DNA of 63,998 bases, the filler included, from Asterionella formosa (lineage: Eukaryota): NCBI GenBank assembly GCA_002256025.1. It is 17 parts of 17 records of this genome, joined end to end, with 100 filler letters (N's around TTAATTAATTAA, not from the genome) between each part and the next. Parts side by side here need not be neighbours in the genome. Positions count along the whole stretch, not along the records: positions 45,306 to 48,968 come from NKIB01013983.1; positions 49,069 to 52,730 come from NKIB01013985.1; positions 52,831 to 56,492 come from NKIB01013986.1; positions 56,593 to 60,251 come from NKIB01013987.1; 13 more parts are not named here. One strand, given 5' to 3'. Positions 48,780 through 60,029 of this stretch are shown here, in pieces (the stretch's first letter is position 1; each line of letters opens with the position of its first letter). The notes beneath the pieces were generated by a model that searched no databases, was not told where the DNA came from, and saw only the letters and a program-made list of their open reading frames with translations. A program made the translations under genes and the position numbers.

Positions 48780-51700
48780 TATCGACTCGCAGGCAGTCTG
48801 CACCCTCGGTCGCCTTTTACCTAAGATACAGTATTTATTACTGTTAAATTCTTCTGCAGTCTGACTGCAATGCTAGCTCTTTCTAGACAAGCTCAGTGTA
48901 TTAAAACCTTCTGTTCTAATCCCACCTTATTGTGAGCTTATTTGATCTATCTTGTAATCGTTCACATGNNNNNNNNNNNNNNNNNNNNNNNNNNNNNNNN
49001 NNNNNNNNNNNNTTAATTAATTAANNNNNNNNNNNNNNNNNNNNNNNNNNNNNNNNNNNNNNNNNNNNAAATAAAAACCATCATATTTCCATGATGCATC
49101 ATAGGATTATGATCATCTGATCATAATTTTTCGTTATATCATCTAATAATTTTGATAAATGCCCTCGTAATTTAAATAGTAACCCTTTTGACTATAGAAA
49201 TTTAATTATTATATGTATTGTTTCTTTTAGTTTCCTTTATTTAAATTTCTTGGTAGGATAATGTACCAGTTAGAGTAATGTGGTTTGGCTCATCATCCTC
49301 GCCAGTCCTCACTCTGATTCTTGCAACAACGGCAAAGCAGCCATGTCAAGAGGAATGAATGTTTGTGATAAAATCTTCATTTGTCGTTCAAGTCATCATA
49401 TGCCTTCGATGACTCATCATCTACATTGTACAGTATGTTCGTACTATGCAATCCGTTAAGAGCTTGAAAAGAAATCCAAAGAAAACGAAATGGCTCATCA
49501 CACAAGACGAAAATTTCCGGCCGGTCTGTCACCAGAGCATCAATCAGTGTTACAACCTCAATCATAGCTAAACAACATCCATTATAGAACAGCACAATCT
49601 ACTTCTCGGTAACATCGTCTCTCTAACAAGAACGTAATACATCTAGAATTGAAACGCAGCATAGCAGGCGATATGCACAAAGAAGCATTAGACTGTGCCG
49701 TCTATTTATAGTAACAGAGTGATTCTGGTTTCGTAATTTTCATGTCTCATTAGATTTTCTTTGTCTTCGTTCTAGTTCCTTACCTTTAAAGACAGGAGCG
49801 TAGCTATTCTTTGATGTATCTGGAATATTTCAATGGATGGCAGCAGTTGGTATTAGACACAAACCTCGACAAAAGCACTAGTACCTTGTAGATGTTCATG
49901 AAAAGCGAGACACTTTGCTTGGCCTATCGCCCACCAGCCAGTCTATACTGCAAAAATGCAAGAAGCAAGCACAAGTTGAATGCCCATTTATGGATTCAAG
50001 TTTCAGTAGTGCAACAATGTAAAATATTAGAAACCGGAAGTCACATTTCATCTAATTACGGTTTTCATTAGCTATACTACTAGCTAGCTAGTATTGATTG
50101 AGAGGAAGCAATGGTACTAGAATGGCTGCCAAACGGGCGGGGGCAAACACAGAGAATCCTACTAATTTTTCTTCCCAATGATTCCAGACCCTTTTTGAAT
50201 GTCACTTAATACAGAAAATGTAGAACAGCCGCCATGATCTGTTGATTGTTGCTTTATGGTGCCACTGACCGAGACCTCCAGAAATCTCAATGAGTTGCTT
50301 GTTTCTTGACTTGAATGGTGCAAAAGGGATCGAAACCAGCAGTGGAAAAATCAAAAGGGAAGAACTAAAAATTCTCTGCAAACATCAGGACAATCGTGAA
50401 AGAGAAATGAAGGTTCTTGGGAGGAGAAGTAAAGGGAAAATTGCTTCTGGTCTCCTTGCGGGAACAAGAATGGATTGAACCAAACAATGTTGACAAATAG
50501 ATACCTACAGGAAAAGGAAGCATTGCTTTCGGCATCATCAATCTATACACAAGCCTGCGCCACCTGATGTCGTCAATATAGCTCCCTTGATTTCATCAAT
50601 GAAGAATTCGATGGGTGGAGCATGTGAGGAAAATTGGGGTTGAGGTTTTCTTGACGCCAACGTGGACCTGCTTGGCTGAACTCCTTGCAGATGAAGGCAT
50701 TGAGTAACCTGGGCCTGTGAAGCCAAAGGATAAAGAAAAATCTATGACAAGGGTGCGTTGTGAGATAGTGTTTAGGAGGGGGGAGCAAAAGTTATCATAG
50801 CTGAACGCATTCGAAACTTGTATAGACAATAAATGGTGGCATGCCATGGCTGATCTTGGCTGACAGCTGCCAAGTCAAGTACAAACACAACGAGGGTGCA
50901 CAAAAGACAGTCCAATTTTAATCGACTGGCTGATACTTAGTTGTGAGACTCACCATTCTGCAATAAGGTGGACTTTGATCATTGCTTCGTTCAAAGCACA
51001 ATCAATTCGAATGCTGTCCAGTGAAGCAATGAAAACAATTGTGGCGAAAGAAAGGCGCAGAACAGATCAAGAGATTTCATAGGAATTAAAATGACAGGGC
51101 ATATATGCAACACATGATGCGAAAAACTGAAGTTACAATACAGCATGATGATACACCATGCGGCTAAGAATGAGTGAATATCATGGAAAATGGCGGAATC
51201 AACAAGCTGTGCATAGCATCACGGTTTGTCAAGAGCAAATGCCAGGATGATCAATTGCTGGGATTACAAATACGGAATGACTCGTCTCCTTTCAGTGATT
51301 CAATAGCTCCTTTTCGATTTGGTGGCTGGCCAACCATCAATGTGGACAAAAGAAATCGGTAAATGCTGCTGGTGCCTTTCAGCCATCTTTGGATCAATCC
51401 ACAACTGTTAGAAAAACTGACACATATGTGTTACTTCTTTCAGGATAATGGTAGCTAGACAAACAGTATTTGTAAGTTCCAAAGAGCAGTGTTGCTTCTT
51501 GGAGCCCATTTATTGATCAATACTTTCTCATTCAATCTTCAACTGACACATTATTTTACAGAAATATGCATCAGTTACCTCCTCAATTTGTGGTACATCT
51601 AAGACGCCGTTTACGGCACTTTTTCAAATTTATGTCTAAAGTGACGTATTTATGCTACTTTTCTAAAATATTATGCTACTTTTTTGGGAATTTATTTGGG

Positions 51701-52093
51701 TCAAACCAAAATTTATGTGTTCTAAAACAAAATTTATTCTACTTATCTAATAATTATGTGATCAAACCAATAATTATGTGAGTTCGCAACAATATTTTTT
51801 TCCAACTAGCCCTCATAACGGTATAATGGCGAAATTACGCCACTTCACGGCAATATTATGCTGGTCTCACCACATAATTAAGGTTCCTGCATTTGAACCC
51901 CTAGCTCGAGGTAGGGTTAAAAAAATAATATTAAGTCAGAGTAGTCAAACATAGACTTCTTACGAGTAAAACGTAAATGTATATCGCTAAACGGAGCTTT
52001 CACCAATACACACCCTTTCCACATGCTTAAATACAGTCATTTATCAAAGTAGGGGTATAGGTCAACGCTATATATCGTCAGGATATAGGATCT

Positions 52094-52216
52094 GGCGAGA
52101 AACTGCAGAAAGGAACTTCGGTTTTTTAACTATGCTGAAAATAGTGGATTTTACCGGGCTAACTCGTTTATTTGGCCTAGTAAAAAAACCGAAGTTCCTT
52201 TCTGCAGTTTCTCGCC
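52094..52216. mobile_element. 123-bp fold-back element with perfect 34-bp inverted repeats
   Basis: GGCGAGAAACTGCAGAAAGGAACTTCGGTTTTTT ... AAAAAACCGAAGTTCCTTTCTGCAGTTTCTCGCC. No TSD visible. Confidence 0.85.
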
Positions 52217-52249
52217 GAAAGTTAACTTCTGGGGCTATATGAAGATTAC

Positions 52250-52730
52250 CTATGTACTTAACTCTTCTTCAAACCCTGCCAACGTTGAGCTATCGTCGTC
52301 CAAAAATTCGACAATATCGGCCTTTTCAACGGTCAACAAAACGTCGGAATCAGAATCACTAATCGCTGAAACGTCATCATCGGAATAGGAGTCTTGTGAT
52401 TCGATTTTTCGTCTTACAATCGCCTGTACAAAAAATTCCATTGTAAGTGCACGCTTCACTATAAAAATTTTGATTGGTCAAGTTCAATTACTTACCGACA
52501 ATTGATTGGGCTGGTTTGCGCGGTCTTGCAAACCCAAGCTGGCCACACTGGATGCACATGTAACATTTTCTTGGGTGTTGGCCGGTACAATATCCACAGT
52601 AGTAGGTAGCTGATCATCATTGATCATACGCATACCAGTGTGATCAGGCACTTTGCCTGCCGGTACATTGAATGGACAGAGTGCGCTGCTTTTCCTTTGA
52701 TGATCATTGCGGCCACAATGATTGCAGACA
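52250..52730 (-). CDS. 3' fragment of a gene with a CCHC zinc knuckle (likely a transposase tail)
   Basis: The minus strand from the contig end reads VCNHCGRNDHQRKSSALCPFN, followed by GTATG/GTAAG donor-like sites and an acidic last exon. Confidence 0.45.
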
Positions 52731-53273
52731 NNNNNNNNNNNNNNNNNNNNNNNNNNNNNNNNNNNNNNNNNNNNTTAATTAATTAANNNNNNNNNNNNNN
52801 NNNNNNNNNNNNNNNNNNNNNNNNNNNNNNACAGACTTATGCATCAGTTGCATTGATTTGTGGTAAGTGAAGCAAGAGGATACGATGGAATTACGTGTCG
52901 TTGTTTCAATGTAACATGACTACTAGCTAACAAATCATTCCTTCTCATTGTTTCTGTAACTGCATAGGACCATAAAACCAATCAAACAACGGAATAGTCG
53001 GCGAAAAATGCTAGTATGGCTTGTCAGCTCACGCATTGTTGTTGACAACAGGCAGGGACAATGAGGTCCGGAATGGAAGTTGTTCTGGTAAGATTACTGC
53101 GCTATTTTGACGGCTATATGAGCAACGCTACTGATAACTCACACTGATCTTCCTCTACATTCAATTGACATTGCAGCAAACCCTTTCAGTGCAGGAGCAT
53201 TCGCATGCCGTTCCGAATGAGCAGGCTTTATTTCATTAATGAAACTCTTTAATTTAGTTGAATGAACTCCAGA

Positions 53274-53658
53274 AAATTACGTAAACAAATGTTACATATT
53301 AAGTGAACTTTATTCTAGAATTATGTGAACGAAATTACAGAATAACGTGAAGTATTTCAAATAATTATGTGAAGTATTTTCAAATAATTATGTGAAGTAT
53401 TTCAAATAATTATGTGAAGTATTTCAAATAATTTTGTGAAGTATTTCAAATAATTATGTGAACGTGATCACATAATATAGTGATGATCAGGAATGCATGC
53501 ATGATACTTTGATCAAATATTTAACGTGATGTATTCAGATAATATATAGATATATTCAACTACGTATTTTGATGTATTCAACTAATTCATGTGATGCATT
53601 CAAAATCAACTAGGCTTATTTATGTGATGGTCACTACACGTAATACGCGGCTTAGATG
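53274..53658 (+). repeat. AT-rich dispersed repeat, copy 2, with an expanded 22-bp minisatellite
   Basis: Homologous to 8367-8682. GTGAAGTATTTCAAATAATTAT is repeated five times at about 53347-53458, versus once in copy 1. Confidence 0.9.
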
Positions 53659-53811
53659 ATGTATGTATCATAATCAGGGAAACATCCATAAAGAAGAGTG
53701 TAAACGTAAATTTCAACAAACAGCTTAACAAAAACATACCCTACTTATTGATAATCAAAACATAACAGTTCCGTAATTACAATAATAAATACTAGTTGAT
53801 CATCCTAAATA

Positions 53812-54843
53812 TTACCATAATGACCATTTCCACAAATTGCGAAGTGCTGCTTTACCTTTTTCTTGAACATCAGCATTCGATGAGTAATTTCGCAAAGCAG
53901 ACTTAATTACGGCTTTTCCACCAGCATCGGATATCGTCACCCTGTTGTTTTCATTCAAAGCCAAGTTCTGTAGTGCTCCACAACCATGCTCTTGTACATT
54001 AGCATTGGAGGAATGCTTCTCCATCGCAGACAGAATCGTAATGATACCTTCTGCATCAGCAATTGTCAATCTGTTTTTGTCATTCTTAGCCAAGTTCCTA
54101 AGCGCTCCACAACCATTCTCTTGCACAGTAGCATTGGAGGAATTAGTCTTCATTGCAGACAAAATCTCAGTAATACCTCCTGCTTCAGCAATCATCACCT
54201 TGCTCTTGTCATTATTCTAAGCCAAGTCCCGAAGTGCTCCACAACCATTTACTTGTACAGTAGCATCGGAGGAATGAGTATCCATTGCAGACAGAATCGT
54301 AGTGATACCTCCTGCTTCAGCAATCGTTACCTGGTTCTTGTCATTAAAAGCCAAGTTCTGAAGTGCTACACAACCATTTTCTTGCACCTCAGCATTGGAG
54401 GAATGAGTCTCCATTGCAGACAGAATCGTAGTGATACCTCCTGCTGCAGCAATCGTAACCCTGTGGTTTTCATCATTCGCAGCCAACTTCTGAAGTTCAA
54501 AGAGTTCTTCTTTTTGAATGTTATCATCCTGCTCATTATTTCTCATCTTTGAAAGAATCTCAGCAATCGGAGACGAAATTGAAGTGGTTGGAATTTGGGT
54601 TGAAGGCTGCGAGTGTGTTGCTGGCAAAGAAGGAGATTGCATGCTAGTATCGCATCTAGGGCAGCGCGTTTGCAAAGTTTTCCAACCTCCAAATCTCTTC
54701 TTTTTGCGAAGCTGAATGTCTGGATGATAAGGATAGAGTCCATTCCTAACGTACTCTGCTTGTACGCCATGCTCATTCACAATTGGAGCATCATGGTGGG
54801 TAGGGCCGAATGAAGCATGGAGTGAAGGTGCAATATGCGCCAT
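53812..54843 (-). pseudogene. Armadillo-repeat protein with one in-frame TAG (54217-54219)
   Basis: Five near-identical 42-aa ARM repeats (IAEAGGITTILSAM..HSSNA.VQENGCGAL.NLA). The ORFs on either side of the stop are in frame. N-terminal HPDIQLRKKKRFGGWK...CPRC module. Confidence 0.88.
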
Positions 54844-55943
54844 GTTTGATTTCTTGTTCTCGTTGTTTAATCTCTCGCACGTGTGTGTTAAAGACGCCTT
54901 TTTCTTTGTTGTGGTCGTGTTTGTATTTCTATGTAGAGTCCTTCCCTTTTTTTACGGGATAATAGTTTCGCTTCCATCTCATGTCGTACAAATTCTACAT
55001 GCCAGGTCCAAAAATTCATTCAGTCATACCGGAACTTTTGTTCATCATCTATGTATCTATATATTTATGTATTTAAGTATGTATGTATTATATCATGCAT
55101 ACACACATTTTAAGTAATATGCCGGTAGTGGTGATGAAAGGGCTTTTGGGATAATTGAATTTATGTATAAAAAGTGTATTAATTAGCTACCATCTGTACA
55201 TAAACTCATATACATATAGTAGAATAAAGGATGAATCTTGTGTAAAATAGTTGCATGACTAATGAGGACAGCTTGAGCAATTAGGTAGTACGAGCTATTC
55301 AGATACACATCAGTATACAATATCTTTACCGGTATGAGGTATATTGGAAAGATATCGATCGGTACCAGTACCTTGTATGGAATAATCTATAAAAGGTGGA
55401 AGTATACATCTTACCGGTAGGTTTGCCGGTAGTTCAATGTACCAGATATCTGGGAGTACCGGATATCTCCACTAATATATAATAAGAAAAGAATAACTCC
55501 ACATGGACATTAAAAGTCGCTCCACATTGGGGGTTCCTCAGCCAGTATGATTGCTAATATCTTCACATACCGTACCCCGGAAGGGGATCCTGATAAAAGG
55601 TGCTGAAAACACGTCATCATCTACGTCATTGTTATATTTTCTACGTTAAAAAAAGATTCCAGGTGGAAGCACATGAGGGAACGGAATTTTGTTCAAACAA
55701 TGCAAAGACAAGTGTTCGGACCTGCGCCTGCCTGTCTCAATTGGCATGCACGATTCTGTATACCGGTATGCTGGTCCAAATAGTGGTCCTGGTAGAGTGT
55801 ATGTAGTTTCTTACCTGCGCCTACCCGCCTCAATACACATGCTTGACGCTTTGTAATACCGGTATTGGAAAGATATCGATCGGTACTGGTATGGAATAAT
55901 CTATGGAAGGTGGGGAATTTTAGGTTAAATTAACTGCCCCTGA

Positions 55944-56095
55944 GGGTCATTTTAGGTTATTCCGCACCTAAAATTCAGGAAATGATTGAGATTATTTTCT
56001 CGTCCTACAGACGAACCCGGTACAAGGCTACAGACAACTTAAACTTCCTTTTCAGTTCTTGGAATTTTAGGTGCGGAAAAACCTAATAATGACTC
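55944..56095. repeat. Imperfect inverted repeat of about 37 bp (MITE or transposon end)
   Basis: GGGTCATTTTAGGTTATTCCGCACCTAAAATTC ... GAATTTTAGGTGCGGAAAAACCTAATAATGACTC. Confidence 0.8.
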
Positions 56096-56305
56096 GCTGC
56101 TTTCGATACATTTGCGCAGAGTAAAATAGTTGATGGATCGCCTCCCGTAGGTGCTGAGAGTGTCATGAAGTCACCATGAGCCGCACTTTAGTAGGTGCTA
56201 TGATTCTGTATATATATAGAGTACTGATGATTCAATTTTTTGATTGAAATATAAGATCAGAAATTATCGTGACTCTTTCAAAGCTTTCAGATTGTTGATT
56301 AAAGA

Positions 56306-56492
56306 ATGGACTCTACGCCCAACTTTGCTCCATGCTGCCTAGGCAATGCCTGTAAGATGATGCGCAAAGAAAGTGGCGAATTTCCTCATGCTGCAATCAG
56401 CCACCGATGTGTTTCCTGTGATGGAGCGATACATCCCCTTTGCGGAGAGACGAATTCAAATTCAAGCCTTTTGACTTGTCTTGGATGCTTCA
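56306..56492 (+). CDS. PHD-like zinc-finger N-terminus, possibly of a transposon protein; truncated
   Basis: CCLGNAC...HRCVSC...IHPLCG...TCLGC. Open to the contig end and downstream of the inverted repeat. Confidence 0.55.
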
Positions 56493-56592
56493 NNNNNNNN
56501 NNNNNNNNNNNNNNNNNNNNNNNNNNNNNNNNNNNNTTAATTAATTAANNNNNNNNNNNNNNNNNNNNNNNNNNNNNNNNNNNNNNNNNNNN

Positions 56593-57410
56593 AGTTCCAA
56601 GAGCGATTAAAACAAATTGACATTGAAGTCAACGAGCTTAAAGAGGAATCTAAAGACGCTCAAAGGACTCTTCATCACACTAAGCATGAACTACAGCGAG
56701 AAATATTGCTGCGAAACCGAGCACAAGAGAATTTGGCGCTTGTCACGAACCGTGCTCTTCTTGTTGAACAAGAGCTGCGCGACATTCAGTCAAAACACGC
56801 CAAACAACTCAACGACGCCAAGGTGCATAGTATGGCGGAAGTGCGTGACGTGTTACAACAACACCGGGAACTTGTGGAAGAAAATCATCGTCTCAAGGAC
56901 AGGTTGGGAAAACTATCAAATATTCATGAGCGGGAGAATCCGCAATGGGGCGATGGTGTTGACAAGCGTGTGGATGAAGATTTGGAACAAGTCAACTTGG
57001 TAAATGTCAAGAAAACCAGGGACGCCGCAAGATTGTGGGCTGCTGCAAAACGTACTGACATGGTGAATGAAGAAAGGCTTTTGGTGAGTCTAGAAAAACA
57101 CACGAAAACACATGTGCGTATGGCGCAAAAGATGTCAGGCCAAGCGGCTCGCATTTCTTTCGCGGCCATGCATGTGGCGAAAAATGTCAGTACTTCTACA
57201 TCCACAATGGATATTCTACAACAAGAGGACAACGAAGTCGAATGGCCCCGCAGTGACTTGTTTGTTTCATCGTCCCTGCCCCTGGGAAGGAAGAAGCGAG
57301 CAAGAGATGGTATTGGTGCCGTTTCTTCAAAGAGTTTGTCTGAAGTGAGTAAGCCGCTCTGGTCCAAAACACCGCAGCGAGCATGGGGAAGTTTGAGATC
57401 TTCTCATTGA
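56593..57410 (+). CDS. Coiled-coil protein of unknown function, 5'-truncated
   Basis: The frame is open from the contig start (FQERLKQIDIEVNELKEE...) with a heptad-rich E/K/Q/R/L composition. Confidence 0.75.
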
Positions 57411-57533
57411 AATACAAGTTCTACCTATATCTTGGATGTAAAGCAAAAACATAGTAAACTCCTATGTGAACACGAGATGTAGTGTCGTGGTAGATTAGTT
57501 GTAACACCGTACCAAACTGTGGGAACTAGGGAA

Positions 57534-60029
57534 CTAACCTTGCACTTGAAATGTGCCACCGGGGGGAACCCCTTCAGGAACAGCAATAATCATTATTTGA
57601 CCTGTCGTAGGGCTTTGAATCTGGAGTTGCTGCCCTGCAACGACCCCAGCTGGAAGTTGCACAAGAAAGACTTGAGGTGGTGGCACAACCACAGATGCCA
57701 TGACAGGGGCACCCCCAAACGGCTGACCGTGGTGATGAGCCTGGTAGTCTGGCTGTGGCGCATATACATTTGAGGCATAAGGTTGTTGTGCATATTGCGA
57801 AGTGGATACGTTTGAAGTGTATGCTCGTGGATCATACAGTTGCTGGACAGGGGCTGGGTATGCTTGAGCGTGTGGATTGTATGCTTGTGTTCCGCTAGGA
57901 GGCACGTAGGCCTGATGAGACGCGTGCGCCTCGGGATTCTCACTTGGAGGGGCACTAGGGATGTAAGCGCTTCCGATAGAGGCAGTGGATGGTGGAGCCA
58001 TAACAGTCACACCAGCGTAGGTACTATAGTTTCCGTAGCTTGTACCGTCATAGTAGCCACCGCTTGCGAGATTGATTTCGCCGTCTTCGTTGAATTCGAC
58101 ATTGAGATCAATGTCTTCATCAGCATCGAAATCATCGGCTAGCAATTGCATTCTGCTTCCACGTATTTCTGGTAGGGGCATAATTCCCCTACCATAGAAG
58201 TAGTCAACAAGCTGATCAGGGATCTCGTCAAGCGTTGCCTGAGTCAACGAGATCTTGTTATTCCGGTGGCGACCGAATTCAACAAATTGAACAATGTCTC
58301 TTCCTAAAACCAAGCCAGGGGTTTGAAAGTCGTCAAGAAACTGCATGGCAGTGAAATCAGCATTTCCAATTCCAACAATGACAATTGAAAGGGGAGCTAT
58401 ACTTGCGGCTTGGATCGCATGCTTGGTAGCATTCACGTCAGTCACAGCTCCATCAGTTAAAATCAAAAGAACGTTATAGGCTTGCTGGCCAAATCTTTCC
58501 ATAGCATCCTGTTTGCTTTGGGCTTGAGCAGCAGCCATTGCGATCACCTCGCTAAAATCTGTTGGACCAGACATGGTCAGTCCTGACTTGAAAACAGAGC
58601 GATATGCCTGCAGAATTCCAGCAATTCCTTGTGCTTCTGCTGTTGGTCCTATCTGGAAGCAATGATTAATAACACCGCCATACTTGGCTCCAAATCCCAG
58701 AACAGGAAACTTTTGATCATGGTCATATCGAGCAATAACAGAGCCGACAGCGGTCAAGGCTTTTTCATAATCGTTCAATTGCCCGTCTGGATGAATATAA
58801 TGCAAAGTCCCTGGTCGTCGAGGGTCTCCGTTGGAACCCGTAAAGTCAATTGCGACAGTCAGTTGTAACTCTAGACCCCCAGTCAAATAATCAATAAAAT
58901 TAGGCCGATTGCCAGGCGGGGGTATCGGCAGAGGTAATCGGCTATTTGGAACATGACTTGCACCTGCAGCAGCCGTTGCTGCGATTGCAACTCCGCCAGC
59001 CGTTCCGAAACCGACTGCATTTAGTTGGGTTGTTGATGGTGGTGGATTGTCTAGCGCCATTGAAAACGGAGGAAGATTAGTCGGTCCACCAACTGTTGTG
59101 CTTTGGTACGACACTGAATTTTTTATTGGGGTAGCCATACTAGCAGCATGAGATTCTGTAAAAGTGACAGGTGACGCTCCGGTGACAACGGCTGCCGTGA
59201 CGACAACGTGTCCAAAGAATTTCCCCCGTCGAGTTAATTTGAATGCCTTGGTCGTGTCAATGGTCTTGATGTCACCTGATCCCCCAGGATTCTTGGCCTG
59301 TATCAAGCCGGCAACACTGGTCTCGAAAAACCCCATGGGACCATGCTTTCCATTCTTTTCCCAGTCAAGGACGGACACCAAAACGGGTTTTGATTGGTTG
59401 CCATCGCATAATTCATTCATATCTAAGGTCACAGACTCCCATTTTGGATTCAAATCATTCTGTATTGGTTTGGAGCGATATACAACTTGCCACGTTGGAC
59501 CACCCGCGGCCTGTACGTGTTTCGATACCTCAAAAAAAGGATCAGATTTTCCAAACATTCCGTCCACATTCTTCAACTTGACACCTCGCAGGGTAAACTC
59601 GAAGGTCCCGGCGTACAACTCAGCAGCCTTCTCTGCTCGTATAAAGATGGTTCCTCCGCCCTTGAGCTTCTTGGCCTTTATGTTTCCTCTGGCTCCCAAG
59701 ACTTCACCAATGTCAAACACGGCACTTCCCATTGGTTTGTTGTGCTTCGCTTTCTTAACCTCGTCGTAGATTCCGACATTGACTCTTGGCGGTTTGCCAA
59801 GCATAAAATCAACATCAAACTTCTTTATCCAAATGGGGCTCAGATTATTCTTGATGACTTCTGTTTGGCCCAGAATTCGAGGCTGTTCTCCATTTGGATC
59901 AGCCGACAGGAGGGTAACGACGGCATACGGATCCGACTTGCCGTTGAAGGCTCCTGCCACGTTCTTGAGCTTCGTGGCATACAGCGTTAGCTGCACTTTT
60001 GAGATTTTGTTGCTGGTTGGGTCTGCCAT
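57534..60029 (-). CDS. Copine (C2A, C2B, vWA) with Pro/Tyr/Gln-rich tail and terminal VPxGVxPG module
   Basis: KSDPY...GQTEVIKNNLSPIW; KSDPFFE...VYRS..NDLNPKW; VAIDFTGSNGDP; YDHDQKFPVLGFGAK; LLILTDG; PLSIVIVGIGNADF; RDIVQFVEF. Confidence 0.97.
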   Translation of the reverse strand: MADPTSNKISKVQLTLYATKLKNVAGAFNGKSDPYAVVTLLSADPNGEQPRILGQTEVIKNNLSPIWIKKFDVDFMLGKPPRVNVGIYDEVKKAKHNKPMGSAVFDIGEVLGARGNIKAKKLKGGGTIFIRAEKAAELYAGTFEFTLRGVKLKNVDGMFGKSDPFFEVSKHVQAAGGPTWQVVYRSKPIQNDLNPKWESVTLDMNELCDGNQSKPVLVSVLDWEKNGKHGPMGFFETSVAGLIQAKNPGGSGDIKTIDTTKAFKLTRRGKFFGHVVVTAAVVTGASPVTFTESHAASMATPIKNSVSYQSTTVGGPTNLPPFSMALDNPPPSTTQLNAVGFGTAGGVAIAATAAAGASHVPNSRLPLPIPPPGNRPNFIDYLTGGLELQLTVAIDFTGSNGDPRRPGTLHYIHPDGQLNDYEKALTAVGSVIARYDHDQKFPVLGFGAKYGGVINHCFQIGPTAEAQGIAGILQAYRSVFKSGLTMSGPTDFSEVIAMAAAQAQSKQDAMERFGQQAYNVLLILTDGAVTDVNATKHAIQAASIAPLSIVIVGIGNADFTAMQFLDDFQTPGLVLGRDIVQFVEFGRHRNNKISLTQATLDEIPDQLVDYFYGRGIMPLPEIRGSRMQLLADDFDADEDIDLNVEFNEDGEINLASGGYYDGTSYGNYSTYAGVTVMAPPSTASIGSAYIPSAPPSENPEAHASHQAYVPPSGTQAYNPHAQAYPAPVQQLYDPRAYTSNVSTSQYAQQPYASNVYAPQPDYQAHHHGQPFGGAPVMASVVVPPPQVFLVQLPAGVVAGQQLQIQSPTTGQIMIIAVPEGVPPGGTFQVQG

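Noticed and set aside
50100..51550. Possible decayed gene or transposase
   Set aside because: Only short broken frames on both strands, with no motif I can assign.
53347..53458. 22-bp repeats as CRISPR or iterons
   Set aside because: The units are head-to-tail without spacers; this is a minisatellite expansion of a unit present once in the homologous copy.
54217..54219. Stop-codon recoding or an alternative genetic code
   Set aside because: It is one AAG-to-TAG change, and TAG ends other genes in the window (57534, 63292). A nonsense mutation is simpler.
59164..59990. Long + strand ORFs over copine, and similar ones over the FPPS, LRR, SDR and C2 genes
   Set aside because: They are antisense shadows of well-supported genes with no independent motifs.
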